Shown: positions 25,725 through 35,479 of the stretch, piece after piece
Layout: each line of letters starts with the position of its first letter
Numbering within the stretch: position 1 is the first letter of the stretch
Origin: Corallococcus sp.
Lineage (GTDB): Bacteria > Bacillota > Clostridia > Christensenellales > CAG-314
Direction of reading: 5' to 3'
Assembly (NCBI GenBank): GCA_023665205.1
Contig: JAMPEJ010000004.1
Span: 93,112 to 157,111 of the forward strand
Length of the DNA: 64,000 nt
Notes under the pieces: model-generated
The model's input: only the letters and a program-made list of their open reading frames with translations
Databases searched by the model: none
What the model was told of the DNA's origin: nothing
Program-made: the position numbers and the translations under genes

Positions 25725-27011
25725 CTATTCTCCCAAAACGATTTTTACCGCTTGAAGAAGGCTGTCTGCCTTGCGGCAAGCAGGGTACTTCTCCTCTTCG
25801 CAAAGTTCCGAACGAACCTTGACAACCGGAATGCCCGCGTTTTGTGCCGTTTCCACGTCTCTGTTACTGTCTCCTATCAAAACGCATTTGGACATATCCA
25901 AATTGTAGCATTGCTCCGCCTGTTTCAGCAATCCGATTTTCGGTTTGCGGCAATCGCAATCGATTTTAAGTTCCGCAATTTCACCCTTGTAGCCCTTGTG
26001 AGGATGATGAGGACAATAGAAAATACCGTCCAAGTATGCGCCGCCGTTGCCAAGCAACGTTTCTATTTTTGCAAACGTTTCTTCCACTTCGGCAAAGGTA
26101 GCTTCTCCCCTAGCAATTACGGGCTGGTTGGATACGACGATTGCAAGGTACTCGCTTTTGTTTATCATGCGCACCGCTTCTATCGCATCGTCTACCAGTT
26201 CTATTTCGTCGGCGTTTGTTATAAAGCCTTTGTACTTGTTCAAGGTGCCGTCTCTGTCCAAAAACACTGCCTTTTGTTTGTGAGAAAGGTTTTTCTTTGC
26301 AACGAGACCGCGCTTGATATCCTGCTCCGTCAAAGCAAAACGTTCCGGCGTACCAACGTCTTTGACGTACTCGGCAGACTTGTAAGCGTAGACCTTGCCC
26401 AAAGGTACAAAGTGAGAAACAAAATCCTTTTCCATATTGACGTATTTGCGTTTGTCAAAGAAAGAAAGTGCGCGCGGCGAAACCATCAAAATTCCGGCGT
26501 TTACGGCGTTGGAGTAGTAAAAATCGCGCAGGCTGTTTTTATAATTGATTTCCGTAACTTTGCCGCTTGCGTCTGATATTATCAAATCGCTGTCATACGG
26601 GTGTAAATTGGGATGCACAAACATTGTTACGTAACTGTTTTTCTCTTTGTGGAAAGCCGCCATACGCGCAAAATCCACGTCGAAAATCGCGTCGCCCGGG
26701 CAGACGACAAAGTCGTCGTCCATTTCTTCTTTTAAGTAAAAAAGCGCGCCGCCGGAGCCCAGCGGTTCATTTTCCACAATATAGCGTATATGCACGCCGA
26801 ACTGCGTTCCGTCGCCGAAATAATCTTCTATAACTTCGTGCAAATGCCCCAAACTTAAAAACAGTTCCGTTATGCCGTTTTCTCTAAGCCTTTCCACGGC
26901 GTGCAGCAAAATCGGTTTGCCGCAAAGCACCGCCATCGGTTTCGGGATAAGACCTTTTGTCAGTGCCGCAAGCCTGCTTCCTTTGCCTCCGGCAAGAATA
27001 AGCGCTTTCAT
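25725..27011 (-). CDS. Bifunctional fusion: N-terminal D-glycero-alpha-D-manno-heptose-1-phosphate guanylyltransferase (HddC-like) plus C-terminal D,D-heptose-1,7-bisphosphate phosphatase (GmhB-like)
   Basis: The N-terminus MKALILAGGKGSRLAALTKGLIPKPM is a sugar-nucleotidyltransferase G-loop. The C-terminal half has FLDRDGTLN, CPHHP...CDCRKPKIGLL and IGDSNRDVETAQNAG, the HAD-IIIA GmhB motifs with the Zn-binding Cys/His residues. Confidence 0.75.
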   Translation of the reverse strand: MKALILAGGKGSRLAALTKGLIPKPMAVLCGKPILLHAVERLRENGITELFLSLGHLHEVIEDYFGDGTQFGVHIRYIVENEPLGSGGALFYLKEEMDDDFVVCPGDAIFDVDFARMAAFHKEKNSYVTMFVHPNLHPYDSDLIISDASGKVTEINYKNSLRDFYYSNAVNAGILMVSPRALSFFDKRKYVNMEKDFVSHFVPLGKVYAYKSAEYVKDVGTPERFALTEQDIKRGLVAKKNLSHKQKAVFLDRDGTLNKYKGFITNADEIELVDDAIEAVRMINKSEYLAIVVSNQPVIARGEATFAEVEETFAKIETLLGNGGAYLDGIFYCPHHPHKGYKGEIAELKIDCDCRKPKIGLLKQAEQCYNLDMSKCVLIGDSNRDVETAQNAGIPVVKVRSELCEEEKYPACRKADSLLQAVKIVLGE

Positions 27012-27023
27012 TACGTCCCTCCG

Positions 27024-28055
27024 CTAATCGACTATCCAACTTTCGACGCCCAATTTTGCAAACTTGACGGGATAGACTTTGCCGTCCAACATAGACATTA
27101 CGTCCATAACTTTTTGGCGGTTTGCAGGGTCGCAGTACAGCATCAAAAATCCGCCGCCGCCTGCGCCGCTTACTTTTACTGCGTCAACTCCGCATGCCAA
27201 TGCAAATTGTATCGTGCGTTCCAACTCTCTGTTGGAAACAATGGAAGAAGTTTTCTTTTTGTCTTCCCAACTTTCGCGCAGGATATCGGCGAAACCGCGC
27301 AAATTACCCATCAAAACGCAATCTTTCATTTTGACGGAATGCTCTTTGATACGGTGCATCGCCGCAATAGTGGTTTGATTTTTCTGCTCGGTATTTTTGA
27401 TTTGTTCCTTTATGATTTGCGCCGAACTGCGACTGCGCCCGTTGCTGAACAACAACAGCGAACACTCCAATTCGTTGATAACGTCGCGTTCGATACGCAG
27501 CGGATTGACTATCGTAGTACCGTCGGTTTTGAATTCCATGTAGTTGAATCCGCCGAACACCGCAGAATACTGGTCCTGTTTTCCTCCGGCAAGCGCCAAG
27601 TCCTCGCGTTCGATGCTGTACGCCAACTCCGCCTTGCGGTAATCCGTAAGCCCTAAGCCGAGCCACTTGTTGAACGCTTCCAAAATAGCGACCACCATCG
27701 TGGAACTTGTGCCCAATCCGGAGCCTACGGGCGCGTCGTTACTGGTGCTCATTTCAAAAGAAAGAGGCTTTCCGAAGTTGTAATCGCGCACTATGCGGTT
27801 GTATACGCCTTTGTGCAAGATAAGGTTTTCGTCCGTTACGTCAAAATGCGCAACGGCAGGCACGTCCAACGTGTTGTGATTATCAAAAGCTTTTATTTTG
27901 ATTCTTCCGTCGGTCGTGGGCACGATAGTACAATATGCGTACATACCCACGGCGGCGTTGAATACCGCTCCGCCGTGCAAACTGCTGTAACTTACAAGAT
28001 CCGTCCCGCCGCCGGCAAAACCGATACGCAACGGCGCTCTACTTCGTATCGTCAT
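27024..28055 (-). CDS. hddA: D-glycero-alpha-D-manno-heptose-7-phosphate kinase (GHMP kinase)
   Basis: It has RAPLRIGFAGGGTDL, the GHMP motif PVGSGLGTSS and KVSGAGGGGF. It lies in the heptose gene cluster. Confidence 0.75.
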   Translation of the reverse strand: MTIRSRAPLRIGFAGGGTDLVSYSSLHGGAVFNAAVGMYAYCTIVPTTDGRIKIKAFDNHNTLDVPAVAHFDVTDENLILHKGVYNRIVRDYNFGKPLSFEMSTSNDAPVGSGLGTSSTMVVAILEAFNKWLGLGLTDYRKAELAYSIEREDLALAGGKQDQYSAVFGGFNYMEFKTDGTTIVNPLRIERDVINELECSLLLFSNGRSRSSAQIIKEQIKNTEQKNQTTIAAMHRIKEHSVKMKDCVLMGNLRGFADILRESWEDKKKTSSIVSNRELERTIQFALACGVDAVKVSGAGGGGFLMLYCDPANRQKVMDVMSMLDGKVYPVKFAKLGVESWIVD

Positions 28056-29214
28056 CTTTACGTTCCTTTACAATTTGTTTAAGTCTTGCGACAAATTGGT
28101 TTGTGCATTCTTCCCAAGTAACGTACAGGTCTACGCCCGCCTGTTTACCTACTTTTTTAAGTTCGTCCCTGTCGGCAACGGCTTTTTGAATACGGTTGGC
28201 AAACGCTACGGGATTATCTTGCGCAAGATACCCGTTTACGCCGTCCGTCACCCCGTAGCCGGCACAAGAGTTTTGGATATACAGTCCCGGCGTATCGAAA
28301 GCCGCGGCTTCTACCTTGACAAGCCCGAAGTTGTCGTACAGCGAAGGGAACAAAAGCATATCTCCGCGCGCATACAACGCGTTGAACAATTGCTCGTCGT
28401 CTAAAAAACCCAAGAATTTCACTTCTTCGTCCAAACCCAACTTGCTGACGCGTTTGGTAAGTTTTTTCAGCGCTCCGCCCGTACCTGAGACAAAAAATTT
28501 GAAAGACAAACCGCGATCTTTCAATATTTTTAGGCTGTCCAACGTAAAATCGATACGTTTGAGTTGCTCCAAACGTCCAACGTAGATAAATACCAATTCG
28601 TCACGGCTTAAACCCAGCGCCTTGTCGGCGTAGTCGCGCAGTTCTTCCTTATTGTCGCACTTAGGACGGTTGGTACCGAAAGGCAGATAAAAAACCTTAC
28701 CGGTGTAACCGTACGTGCGCAGTTGCTTTTCCACCAAAGGCGAACACAAAAACACTTCGTCAAACTTATTGTACAGTTTGCCGAACCGGCGCATAAAAAC
28801 TTCGGTAACTTTTTTAGATTTAACAACCGAACGAAATATCGGCCGCATATTGGTGTGGTAAGTGATCACTGCGGGGATATTTTGCTTTTTTGCCACTTTC
28901 AAGGCAAATTTTGCCATATTAAAGGGCGAATGCACATGGACTATATCGTACTGCGTTTCCGTAACCTGCTGCCAAAACTTTTTATCGTTTGTAGCCAAAC
29001 CGTATTGGATATTCAGACCGGGTACGTAAATGCTGTTGCAGCGCACTATTTTGTACGGCAAGTCGTCCGTGTGTTTTTTGTAGCGCGGAGCCGCCGCAAC
29101 GACGTCTTCCGTTTTGCAAGCGTTTGTACAGTAGTTATGCATGCAATTGATCACCCCGTCCACGTGCGGCAGATAGGAGTCTATTGCCTCTAACAGTTTC
29201 AATTTTTCCGACAT
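28039..29214 (-). CDS. Glycosyltransferase family 4 (GT-B fold)
   Basis: It has the GT4 C-terminal pattern LLFPSLYDNFGLVKVEAAAFDTPGLYIQNSCAGYGVTDGVNGYL. The start is either ATG 29214 or ATG 29256. The 3' end overlaps hddA by 17 nt. Confidence 0.7.
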   Translation of the reverse strand: MSEKLKLLEAIDSYLPHVDGVINCMHNYCTNACKTEDVVAAAPRYKKHTDDLPYKIVRCNSIYVPGLNIQYGLATNDKKFWQQVTETQYDIVHVHSPFNMAKFALKVAKKQNIPAVITYHTNMRPIFRSVVKSKKVTEVFMRRFGKLYNKFDEVFLCSPLVEKQLRTYGYTGKVFYLPFGTNRPKCDNKEELRDYADKALGLSRDELVFIYVGRLEQLKRIDFTLDSLKILKDRGLSFKFFVSGTGGALKKLTKRVSKLGLDEEVKFLGFLDDEQLFNALYARGDMLLFPSLYDNFGLVKVEAAAFDTPGLYIQNSCAGYGVTDGVNGYLAQDNPVAFANRIQKAVADRDELKKVGKQAGVDLYVTWEECTNQFVARLKQIVKERKDDDTK

Positions 29215-29311
29215 GACGCGTTTCCTTGTTGTAAAAAGTGATTTTAATTTGCGCAAAGCCCTATAATACCGCCTAAATTAAAACGGATTTTGCGCGCAGT
29301 AATTATTTTTA

Positions 29312-29340
29312 AGTTTACCTCAACGACACAAGATAGTCAA
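29312..29340 (-). promoter_or_regulatory. Sigma-70-type promoter for the GT4/heptose operon
   Basis: On the minus strand: TTGACT (29340-29335), a 17-nt spacer, then TAAACT (29317-29312). Confidence 0.4.
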
Positions 29341-29383
29341 CTAAATTGACGCGCGACAGGTCGTATCAGGGCGTTTATGCGGC

Positions 29384-29410
29384 AAAAAAGCCCCTCGTGA
29401 GGGGCTTTTT
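29384..29410. terminator. Rho-independent terminator downstream of tadA (bidirectional shape)
   Basis: AAAAAAGCCCCTC-gt-GAGGGGCTTTTT. The GC-rich stem is flanked by A and T runs. Confidence 0.7.
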
Positions 29411-29454
29411 ACACCAAAAAACTATTTTCACAACATAAAGCGCGCTGTTTGGCA

Positions 29455-29898
29455 TTATCGTTTGCTTTTGAAGTAATCCGTCAGAATTTGCGAACATTCC
29501 GCTTCCATAACGCCGCCTTTTACAAACACTTCGTGGTTCAAAGTTCTGCCTAACGTTTCCGCAACCGGCAAGCAGCCGTTGCCGCTAAGGTCGTATGCGC
29601 CGAAATACACGTTTACAAGCCGCGCGTTAAAGCAAGCGCCCAAACACATAACGCACGGCTCCAACGTTACGTACAGTTCGCAGCCGGATAGCCTCCAATC
29701 CCCCAACTTTTTGCAAGCGCGGGATATTGCAACCAACTCGGCATGTTCCGTTGCGTTTTTGGATTTGTTGCGCGTGTTGTGCGCTCTGGCAATGATTTTT
29801 CCGCCCTTTACCACCACTGCGCCTATGGGAACTTCGTCCTGCGAAAGCGATATTTGCGCCTGTTTAAGCGCCGCTTTCATAAATTTTTTGTCCATCAA
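29455..29898 (-). CDS. tadA: tRNA-specific adenosine deaminase
   Basis: 147 aa. It has the CMP/dCMP deaminase zinc motifs HAELVAI and LEPCVMCLGA. Confidence 0.85.
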   Translation of the reverse strand: MMDKKFMKAALKQAQISLSQDEVPIGAVVVKGGKIIARAHNTRNKSKNATEHAELVAISRACKKLGDWRLSGCELYVTLEPCVMCLGACFNARLVNVYFGAYDLSGNGCLPVAETLGRTLNHEVFVKGGVMEAECSQILTDYFKSKR

Positions 29899-31643
29899 AG
29901 TTTTACCTTTTTGTTGATCTCTTTCATCATATCGGCGTCTACTTTAAGCACTTTGCGGTCGTATGTCAAAAGTCCGTTTACTTCGTCCTCCACGTCGGAG
30001 ACTTGTGTGTACACCGTTGCGGACAAACCTTCGGGTATGCGCGCTATCACGTCGCGTTCGTACAATTGCCCAAGTCCTTCGTTAAACGACTTTTTATCTG
30101 CAAACGTCTTGTAGCTGAACGCACCGTCGGGATTAAAACTGTGTTCGGCTTCCTTGTAACTGTAACCGCCGAATTCCGAAAGCACAGTTACGCGCTTTTT
30201 GTCGTTTTTGAAACGCACTGTTTTGAAATACACGTGTAAACTTTGGAAATCGCCGCCGCCCTGATCGTGCCAGCCGCTGGCATGGTCGACGAAACGGGTA
30301 GGATCGAACTTTTTGGTAAACGCGGCGACTGCGTTTGCGTCAAACTGCCCCCAACCCTCGTTAAAAGGCACCCAAGTTGCAATGCACGGGCAATTGTAAA
30401 GTTGATTTAACATTTCGGAATATTCGCGAAGATAAGTTTTACGGCTTTCTTCGCTTGCTCGAGAGAACCTGCGGTACTTATTATCTTTGATTTTGTCAAA
30501 TCCCAAAAACGGCAAATACAGCGTCGTCATTTTGTGCTGTTTCGTGCCGCCGCTGGGCATATCCTGCCACACAAGCATACCCAGCCTATCGCAATGGTAA
30601 TACCAACGCATGGGTTCTACCTTGATGTGTTTGCGTAGCATATTGAAGCCCAAATCTTTCATAGTTTGGATATCGTAAACCATTGCCTCGTCGCTTGGAG
30701 CGGTATACAGTCCGTCGCTCCAATAGCCTTGATCCAACAATCCGTTGTGAAAATACGGACGGTTGTTGAGCATAAGGCGTAGATAACGACCGACCTTGTC
30801 AACGGAGAACTTCCGCATAGCAAAGTAACTGTCCGCCTTGTCCCTGCGGGAGATAATTTTGAGATCGTACAAAAACGGTTTTTCCGGAGTCCACGGGGTA
30901 AACTTTCCGTCGGGGAAATACGCAGTTACGGAGCCTTTGCCGTCGGCCTTGCATACTTCTTTTTCGCCGTCGTAAACAAATACGGTAAACGGTTCGTCAA
31001 AATTACAAACGGCTTCCACCGTGACGCAGGCATTGTCAAAATCGGGCGTTATTTTTACGCTTTGAATGTACTGTTCCGGTACGCTTTCCAACCAAACCGT
31101 CTGCCAAATTCCGCTTTGCGGGGTGTACCACATACCCTTACGGTTAGAGGACTGTTTGCCGTTTGTATAGTGGCGCGTATCGGTAAAATCACGAACCTTG
31201 ACCGTCAGCACATTTTTGCCGTTTTCCGCCAGAAAACGCGTTATATCCGCCGTAAACGCATTGTATCCGCCTTCGTGATGACAAACGCGGTTGCCGTTGA
31301 CAAAAACGTCGCAAATGCTGTCCACAGCTCCAAAGTGCAAAAGAACTACGTCTTTTACAAAACTTTGAGGCAAATCGAACTCGCAAAAATACCACAAATA
31401 TTCGTTCGGTTTTATGTGTCTGTTGACGCCGGAAAGAATACTTTCCGGAGAAAAAGGCACCAATATCTTGCCGTCAAAGCGCGTTGGTTCGACGTCCTTT
31501 TTAGTGACGGCATAGTGCCACCAGCCGTTGAGATTGATATAACTTTTACGCACGAATTGCGGGCGCGGATATTCCTGCAAAGGTTTGTCGGAAACGTTTT
31601 CGCCCCACACGGTTTTGAGATTGCGTAACGACATAGCATTCAC
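29895..31643 (-). CDS. Glycoside hydrolase family 2 (no signal peptide)
   Basis: 582 aa. The GH2-like N-terminal sugar-binding region has EYPRPQFVRKSYINLNGWWHY and GGYNAFTADIT. It also has WYTPQSGIWQTVWLE and a TIM-barrel WVPFNEGWGQ (acid/base NE). The stop overlaps the tadA start as ATGA. Confidence 0.7.
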   Translation of the reverse strand: MNAMSLRNLKTVWGENVSDKPLQEYPRPQFVRKSYINLNGWWHYAVTKKDVEPTRFDGKILVPFSPESILSGVNRHIKPNEYLWYFCEFDLPQSFVKDVVLLHFGAVDSICDVFVNGNRVCHHEGGYNAFTADITRFLAENGKNVLTVKVRDFTDTRHYTNGKQSSNRKGMWYTPQSGIWQTVWLESVPEQYIQSVKITPDFDNACVTVEAVCNFDEPFTVFVYDGEKEVCKADGKGSVTAYFPDGKFTPWTPEKPFLYDLKIISRRDKADSYFAMRKFSVDKVGRYLRLMLNNRPYFHNGLLDQGYWSDGLYTAPSDEAMVYDIQTMKDLGFNMLRKHIKVEPMRWYYHCDRLGMLVWQDMPSGGTKQHKMTTLYLPFLGFDKIKDNKYRRFSRASEESRKTYLREYSEMLNQLYNCPCIATWVPFNEGWGQFDANAVAAFTKKFDPTRFVDHASGWHDQGGGDFQSLHVYFKTVRFKNDKKRVTVLSEFGGYSYKEAEHSFNPDGAFSYKTFADKKSFNEGLGQLYERDVIARIPEGLSATVYTQVSDVEDEVNGLLTYDRKVLKVDADMMKEINKKVKL

Positions 31644-31699
31644 TCTCCTTGTACGGATATTTTAACACAAATCCGATTTGATGTAAACAAACATTTGCA

Positions 31700-31745
31700 A
31701 AAGACGAAAAAGCGAAATCCCCAACGGTAAACCGTTAGGGATTTT
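31700..31745 (-). terminator. Rho-independent terminator after the ABC ATPase gene
   Basis: The minus strand reads AAATCCCTAACGG-ttta-CCGTTGGGGATTT followed by CGCTTTTTCGTCTTTT. Confidence 0.6.
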
Positions 31746-31799
31746 ACGTAATTTTTTTGTAAAACCGATAAGTCTTAATCTTGCCGAAACGCAGTAAAA

Positions 31800-33383
31800 C
31801 TACTTTTTGCTTTTGCTGGCAGAAGTTTTTTTGCTTGCCGCAGTTTTTGTTTTAGGAGCGGCTTTTGCACCGTCGCCGGCTTTTGCGGGAGACTTCTTTA
31901 CAGAAGCAAGAGTCAACGTGCCTATGCCGATTTTGTTTTGACTTTCCTTGTTAAACAAAACTATTTTGTCTCCGACGATTTCGTAGTTGACCTCTTGGTT
32001 TACGGGATAGTCCACGCCGCCAAACACTACGGAAGTCAACACGGAGTCCCCAACAGCAAGTTTAACGGTGGTTTCCATACCGGCAGGCAACGTAGCGTAA
32101 ATTTTGCCGAACGATTCGCCGCGTTCCAAACGCAAAAATTCCGGACGCACGCCCAAAACAACGTCCAACTCGCCTTCGGCGTCGATAGCGTCGCTTTTGA
32201 AAGTAAACTTTTGTCCCAACGCTTCGATTGCGGCCTCATTGCCTTTTACGACTGCTTTGCCGTCGATAAAGTTCATTGTCGGGTTGCCGACGAAGTCCGC
32301 GACAAACAGGTTGTTGGGTACGTTGTAAGTTTCAAGAGGGGGTGCATACTGTTGCAGCAAGCCCATACTCATCAGGCACACTTTGGTAGCAAGCGTCATT
32401 GCTTCCAACTGGTCGTGCGTGACGTACACGAACGTGGAATCCGTTTCGGAGTGCAGGCGTTTGAGTTCCGTACGCATTTCCATACGTAATTTAGCGTCCA
32501 AGTTACTTAAAGGCTCGTCCATAAACAGCACCTTGGGGCTTGTCGCCAGCGTACGGGCAATAGCCACGCGTTGCTGCTGACCGCCGGACAGTTCCGAGGG
32601 GTAGCGCTTCATAAAGATACCTATCTTCAAAATACGCGAAACTCTGCGAACTTCCAAGTCCATTTCTTCCTTGGACAATCTGCGAACGCTTGTTACAACT
32701 TCGCCGTCTTTTACGTACTCGAAGTTTTCGTTTAGAGTGCATCCTTCTTTTGCCGCCGATTCGCGGGCAGCGTCGATTTTTTGTTGCAATTCCGCCACCG
32801 CTTTAGCAACGGTTTCATCGGGATTTTCCACGGTATCGAGACGGTATCCCAACAGTTTTTGTACGGAGTATTGCGAAATTGTGTATCTGTCGATAAGCGC
32901 TAATTCAACTTTGTTTACTTCCGACCGTTTCACTTTGCCGGCTTCCGGATCGGCGTTGTTTTTGATTGTTTCTACAACGTCTCGCCAGTCACCCAAGATT
33001 TCTATCATTCTTTGAGCAGCGCGCGCTTCCAGAGCAATTTTCGGTTTTAACGTTTTTACGTTTTCCAAGCCGAAATGAATGTTTTGGTACACGGTCATAT
33101 GCGGCCACAAAGCGTAGTTTTGAAAAAGGAAACCGATGTCGCGCTTGCCGGGAGCGACGTTTATTCCTTTTTGCGAGTCGAAAACCACAGTGTCTCCGAT
33201 AGTAATTTTGCCCTCCGTAGGAGTTTCCAATCCGGCTATCATACGCAACGTCGTGGTTTTTCCGCAGCCGGACGGTCCCAAAAGAGTTACGAAACCGCGA
33301 TCCTCAATTTCCATATTGAGATCTTCTACGGCTACGAATTTATCAAATTTTTTCGTTACATGTTCTAAAATTATTTTTGGCAT
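31800..33383 (-). CDS. ABC transporter ATP-binding protein (MalK/PotA/FbpC-like) with a large internal insertion and a Lys/Ala/Ser-rich C-terminal tail
   Basis: It has Walker A GPSGCGKTT, the Q-loop FLFQNYALWPH, the signature LSGGQQQR and Walker B VLFMDEPLS. The Q-loop-to-signature distance is about 175 aa, against about 50 aa in canonical members. Confidence 0.85.
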   Translation of the reverse strand: MPKIILEHVTKKFDKFVAVEDLNMEIEDRGFVTLLGPSGCGKTTTLRMIAGLETPTEGKITIGDTVVFDSQKGINVAPGKRDIGFLFQNYALWPHMTVYQNIHFGLENVKTLKPKIALEARAAQRMIEILGDWRDVVETIKNNADPEAGKVKRSEVNKVELALIDRYTISQYSVQKLLGYRLDTVENPDETVAKAVAELQQKIDAARESAAKEGCTLNENFEYVKDGEVVTSVRRLSKEEMDLEVRRVSRILKIGIFMKRYPSELSGGQQQRVAIARTLATSPKVLFMDEPLSNLDAKLRMEMRTELKRLHSETDSTFVYVTHDQLEAMTLATKVCLMSMGLLQQYAPPLETYNVPNNLFVADFVGNPTMNFIDGKAVVKGNEAAIEALGQKFTFKSDAIDAEGELDVVLGVRPEFLRLERGESFGKIYATLPAGMETTVKLAVGDSVLTSVVFGGVDYPVNQEVNYEIVGDKIVLFNKESQNKIGIGTLTLASVKKSPAKAGDGAKAAPKTKTAASKKTSASKSKK

Positions 33384-33537
33384 ATACTTTTCTCCATTAT
33401 CAGTTCTCTTTTTGAAATTGCAGAAACTAGCAAAACGAGGCGGGTGCGAATTTCGCGAAATGAATGTACTGAGCGTACATAACCGAGCGAAAACGTAAGA
33501 CCGACAAAGTATTGCGAAGTTTATACGGTTTCAAAAA

Positions 33538-35397
33538 TCAGCCACCTATACCTTTATCTAATGATGCACCCGTAAGTTTGTTGGTTACAAACTGAATTAC
33601 AAGCACTACTATGATGATAAGCAAGTTGATTGCGTTTGCCGATTGCGTAAGGCCTGTGCGGCTGTACTCTCCCAACAAACTGGTCAGCAACGTTTCGTGG
33701 CTTGTCATCAACAATACGAACAGCGACAGTTCCCTCATACACGAAATAAACGGTAGCAGATATCCGCTCATAAAACTTGCCTTTTGAATAGGGAACAATA
33801 CCCTTGTCATGCGCTTCCACCAAGGCACGTTTTGCATAATTGCCGCTTCCTCGATTTCTCCGGAGACCTGCAGCATTGCGTTTGTTCCGGTACGTGAGGC
33901 GAAAGGCATAAACTTGATCGCGCCAACCAATATGAACAAAAAGAAAGAGTTGTACAGCCAAGTAAAGCCGGGGGTAAACGCAAATGCAAGATACACCGCG
34001 CCGAAACTCAAAGACGGGATAAGGTACGGGAAAAACGCCAGATTGGAAACCCAAGTTGCCAATCGGCTTCCGCGTTTGCGCGCCACCGCATATCCGATAA
34101 GCACGCCTGCCGTACCTGCAAGCACCGCAACGACCAAAGACAACGCCAAAGATCTTCCCAACGCTTTCCACATTGTACTGCTAGCCAAAATACCGATTGT
34201 ATCGCTCTTGTTACTGCCTGCCGCAACTTCCGACGAGAACCAGTACTTAAACGTCAAACGGCTGTAATCGCCTGGGGTTTGAATCAAACTTTCCAATGCA
34301 AACGTTACAAGCGGCACGATGGCAAAGAATCCGACGATAATTACCATTACCGTAGTCCAAACGTATTTGCCGCGTTTGCCAAGATTTACCATGGACACTT
34401 GTCCGGATTTACCGGTAACCGTCGTATAATTTTTCCGCTTGCCCGTAAACCAGTTGTTCAAAGTCAAAATGGCAATGGAAATAAACATCAAAAATATCGC
34501 CATTACGAAACCTTGACCCTTTGTGCCTCCGTCCTGAAGCAAACTTCGCATCTGAATAGATATTGCGGTAAAGTTTGTGCCGTCTACGCCTCTGTTGAGG
34601 AAGAAAGGCACAGTGTAACTGCTTATACTGCTGGAAAATACCAAAAGGACGGTGGAAATCAAAGCAGGCGCAACGATAGGCAGCGTTACGCGCCACAAGA
34701 TTTTTGCGCGCGACGCTTTGAGCACGGTTGCCGCTTCTTCCAGGTTAGCATCCATATTGCGCAAAATACCGCCGATAAGTATGTATGCAAAGGGCGCGTA
34801 GTGAAGACCCAAACATATTGCGCAGGGTACAAGTCCGTAAACCATGCTAGCAGGCATTTTTATACCGGTAAGCGCTTGCAGGATGCCCTTGCTGGTTCCC
34901 GTTATGCCGTCGTTTTTGAAAAAGTTCTCCCAAAACATCGCAATAGACCAACTGGGCATAATGTAGGGGAAAACAAACACTGCCGAAATAAACTTTTTGC
35001 CCGGCAAATTGGAACGAGTGATAAACCAGGCCACAACTCCGCCGAATACGACTGCAATGAGACACGCAAGTAAAGCCATACCGATAGATTGACCGAGAGG
35101 CAGCCAAAATGCTTTGATAGACCAATCGTAAGTTGTGCTTGTCAACAGCGTCGCCCAATGGTATCCGGTCAAATCGCCGACTTTGTAAATTTCTCCGCCC
35201 AACTGACCGTTGACGGTTTCCATTTCCTGGAAGCCGTTTATTTTGAACGAACCGATAAAGATCGATATCAGCGGAATGACCACCGTAACCATCAACAACG
35301 CAAAAAATACAATTGTGATGATGTTGGCAGGCTTGGAAAAATAGGATTTCAAATTGTTTCCAAGCATGGCTCCGTTGAATTTTTTCTTGTTTACCAT
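33538..35397 (-). CDS. Fused two-domain ABC transporter permease (FbpB/AfuB-type, about 12 TM)
   Basis: The likely start is ATG 35397 (MVNKKKFNG), preceded by GAGGAG. There are two permease halves, each with an EAA-like loop (LEEAATVLKASRAKILWRVTLP and IEEAAIMQNVPWWKRMTRVLFP). Confidence 0.75.
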   Translation of the reverse strand: MVNKKKFNGAMLGNNLKSYFSKPANIITIVFFALLMVTVVIPLISIFIGSFKINGFQEMETVNGQLGGEIYKVGDLTGYHWATLLTSTTYDWSIKAFWLPLGQSIGMALLACLIAVVFGGVVAWFITRSNLPGKKFISAVFVFPYIMPSWSIAMFWENFFKNDGITGTSKGILQALTGIKMPASMVYGLVPCAICLGLHYAPFAYILIGGILRNMDANLEEAATVLKASRAKILWRVTLPIVAPALISTVLLVFSSSISSYTVPFFLNRGVDGTNFTAISIQMRSLLQDGGTKGQGFVMAIFLMFISIAILTLNNWFTGKRKNYTTVTGKSGQVSMVNLGKRGKYVWTTVMVIIVGFFAIVPLVTFALESLIQTPGDYSRLTFKYWFSSEVAAGSNKSDTIGILASSTMWKALGRSLALSLVVAVLAGTAGVLIGYAVARKRGSRLATWVSNLAFFPYLIPSLSFGAVYLAFAFTPGFTWLYNSFFLFILVGAIKFMPFASRTGTNAMLQVSGEIEEAAIMQNVPWWKRMTRVLFPIQKASFMSGYLLPFISCMRELSLFVLLMTSHETLLTSLLGEYSRTGLTQSANAINLLIIIVVLVIQFVTNKLTGASLDKGIGG

Positions 35398-35479
35398 AAA
35401 AACTCCTCTGATTGTAAATTGTGGGAGAGTAAACCCTCCCACAATAAACTACACGTGTTTTAATTAAACAAACGCTTTA

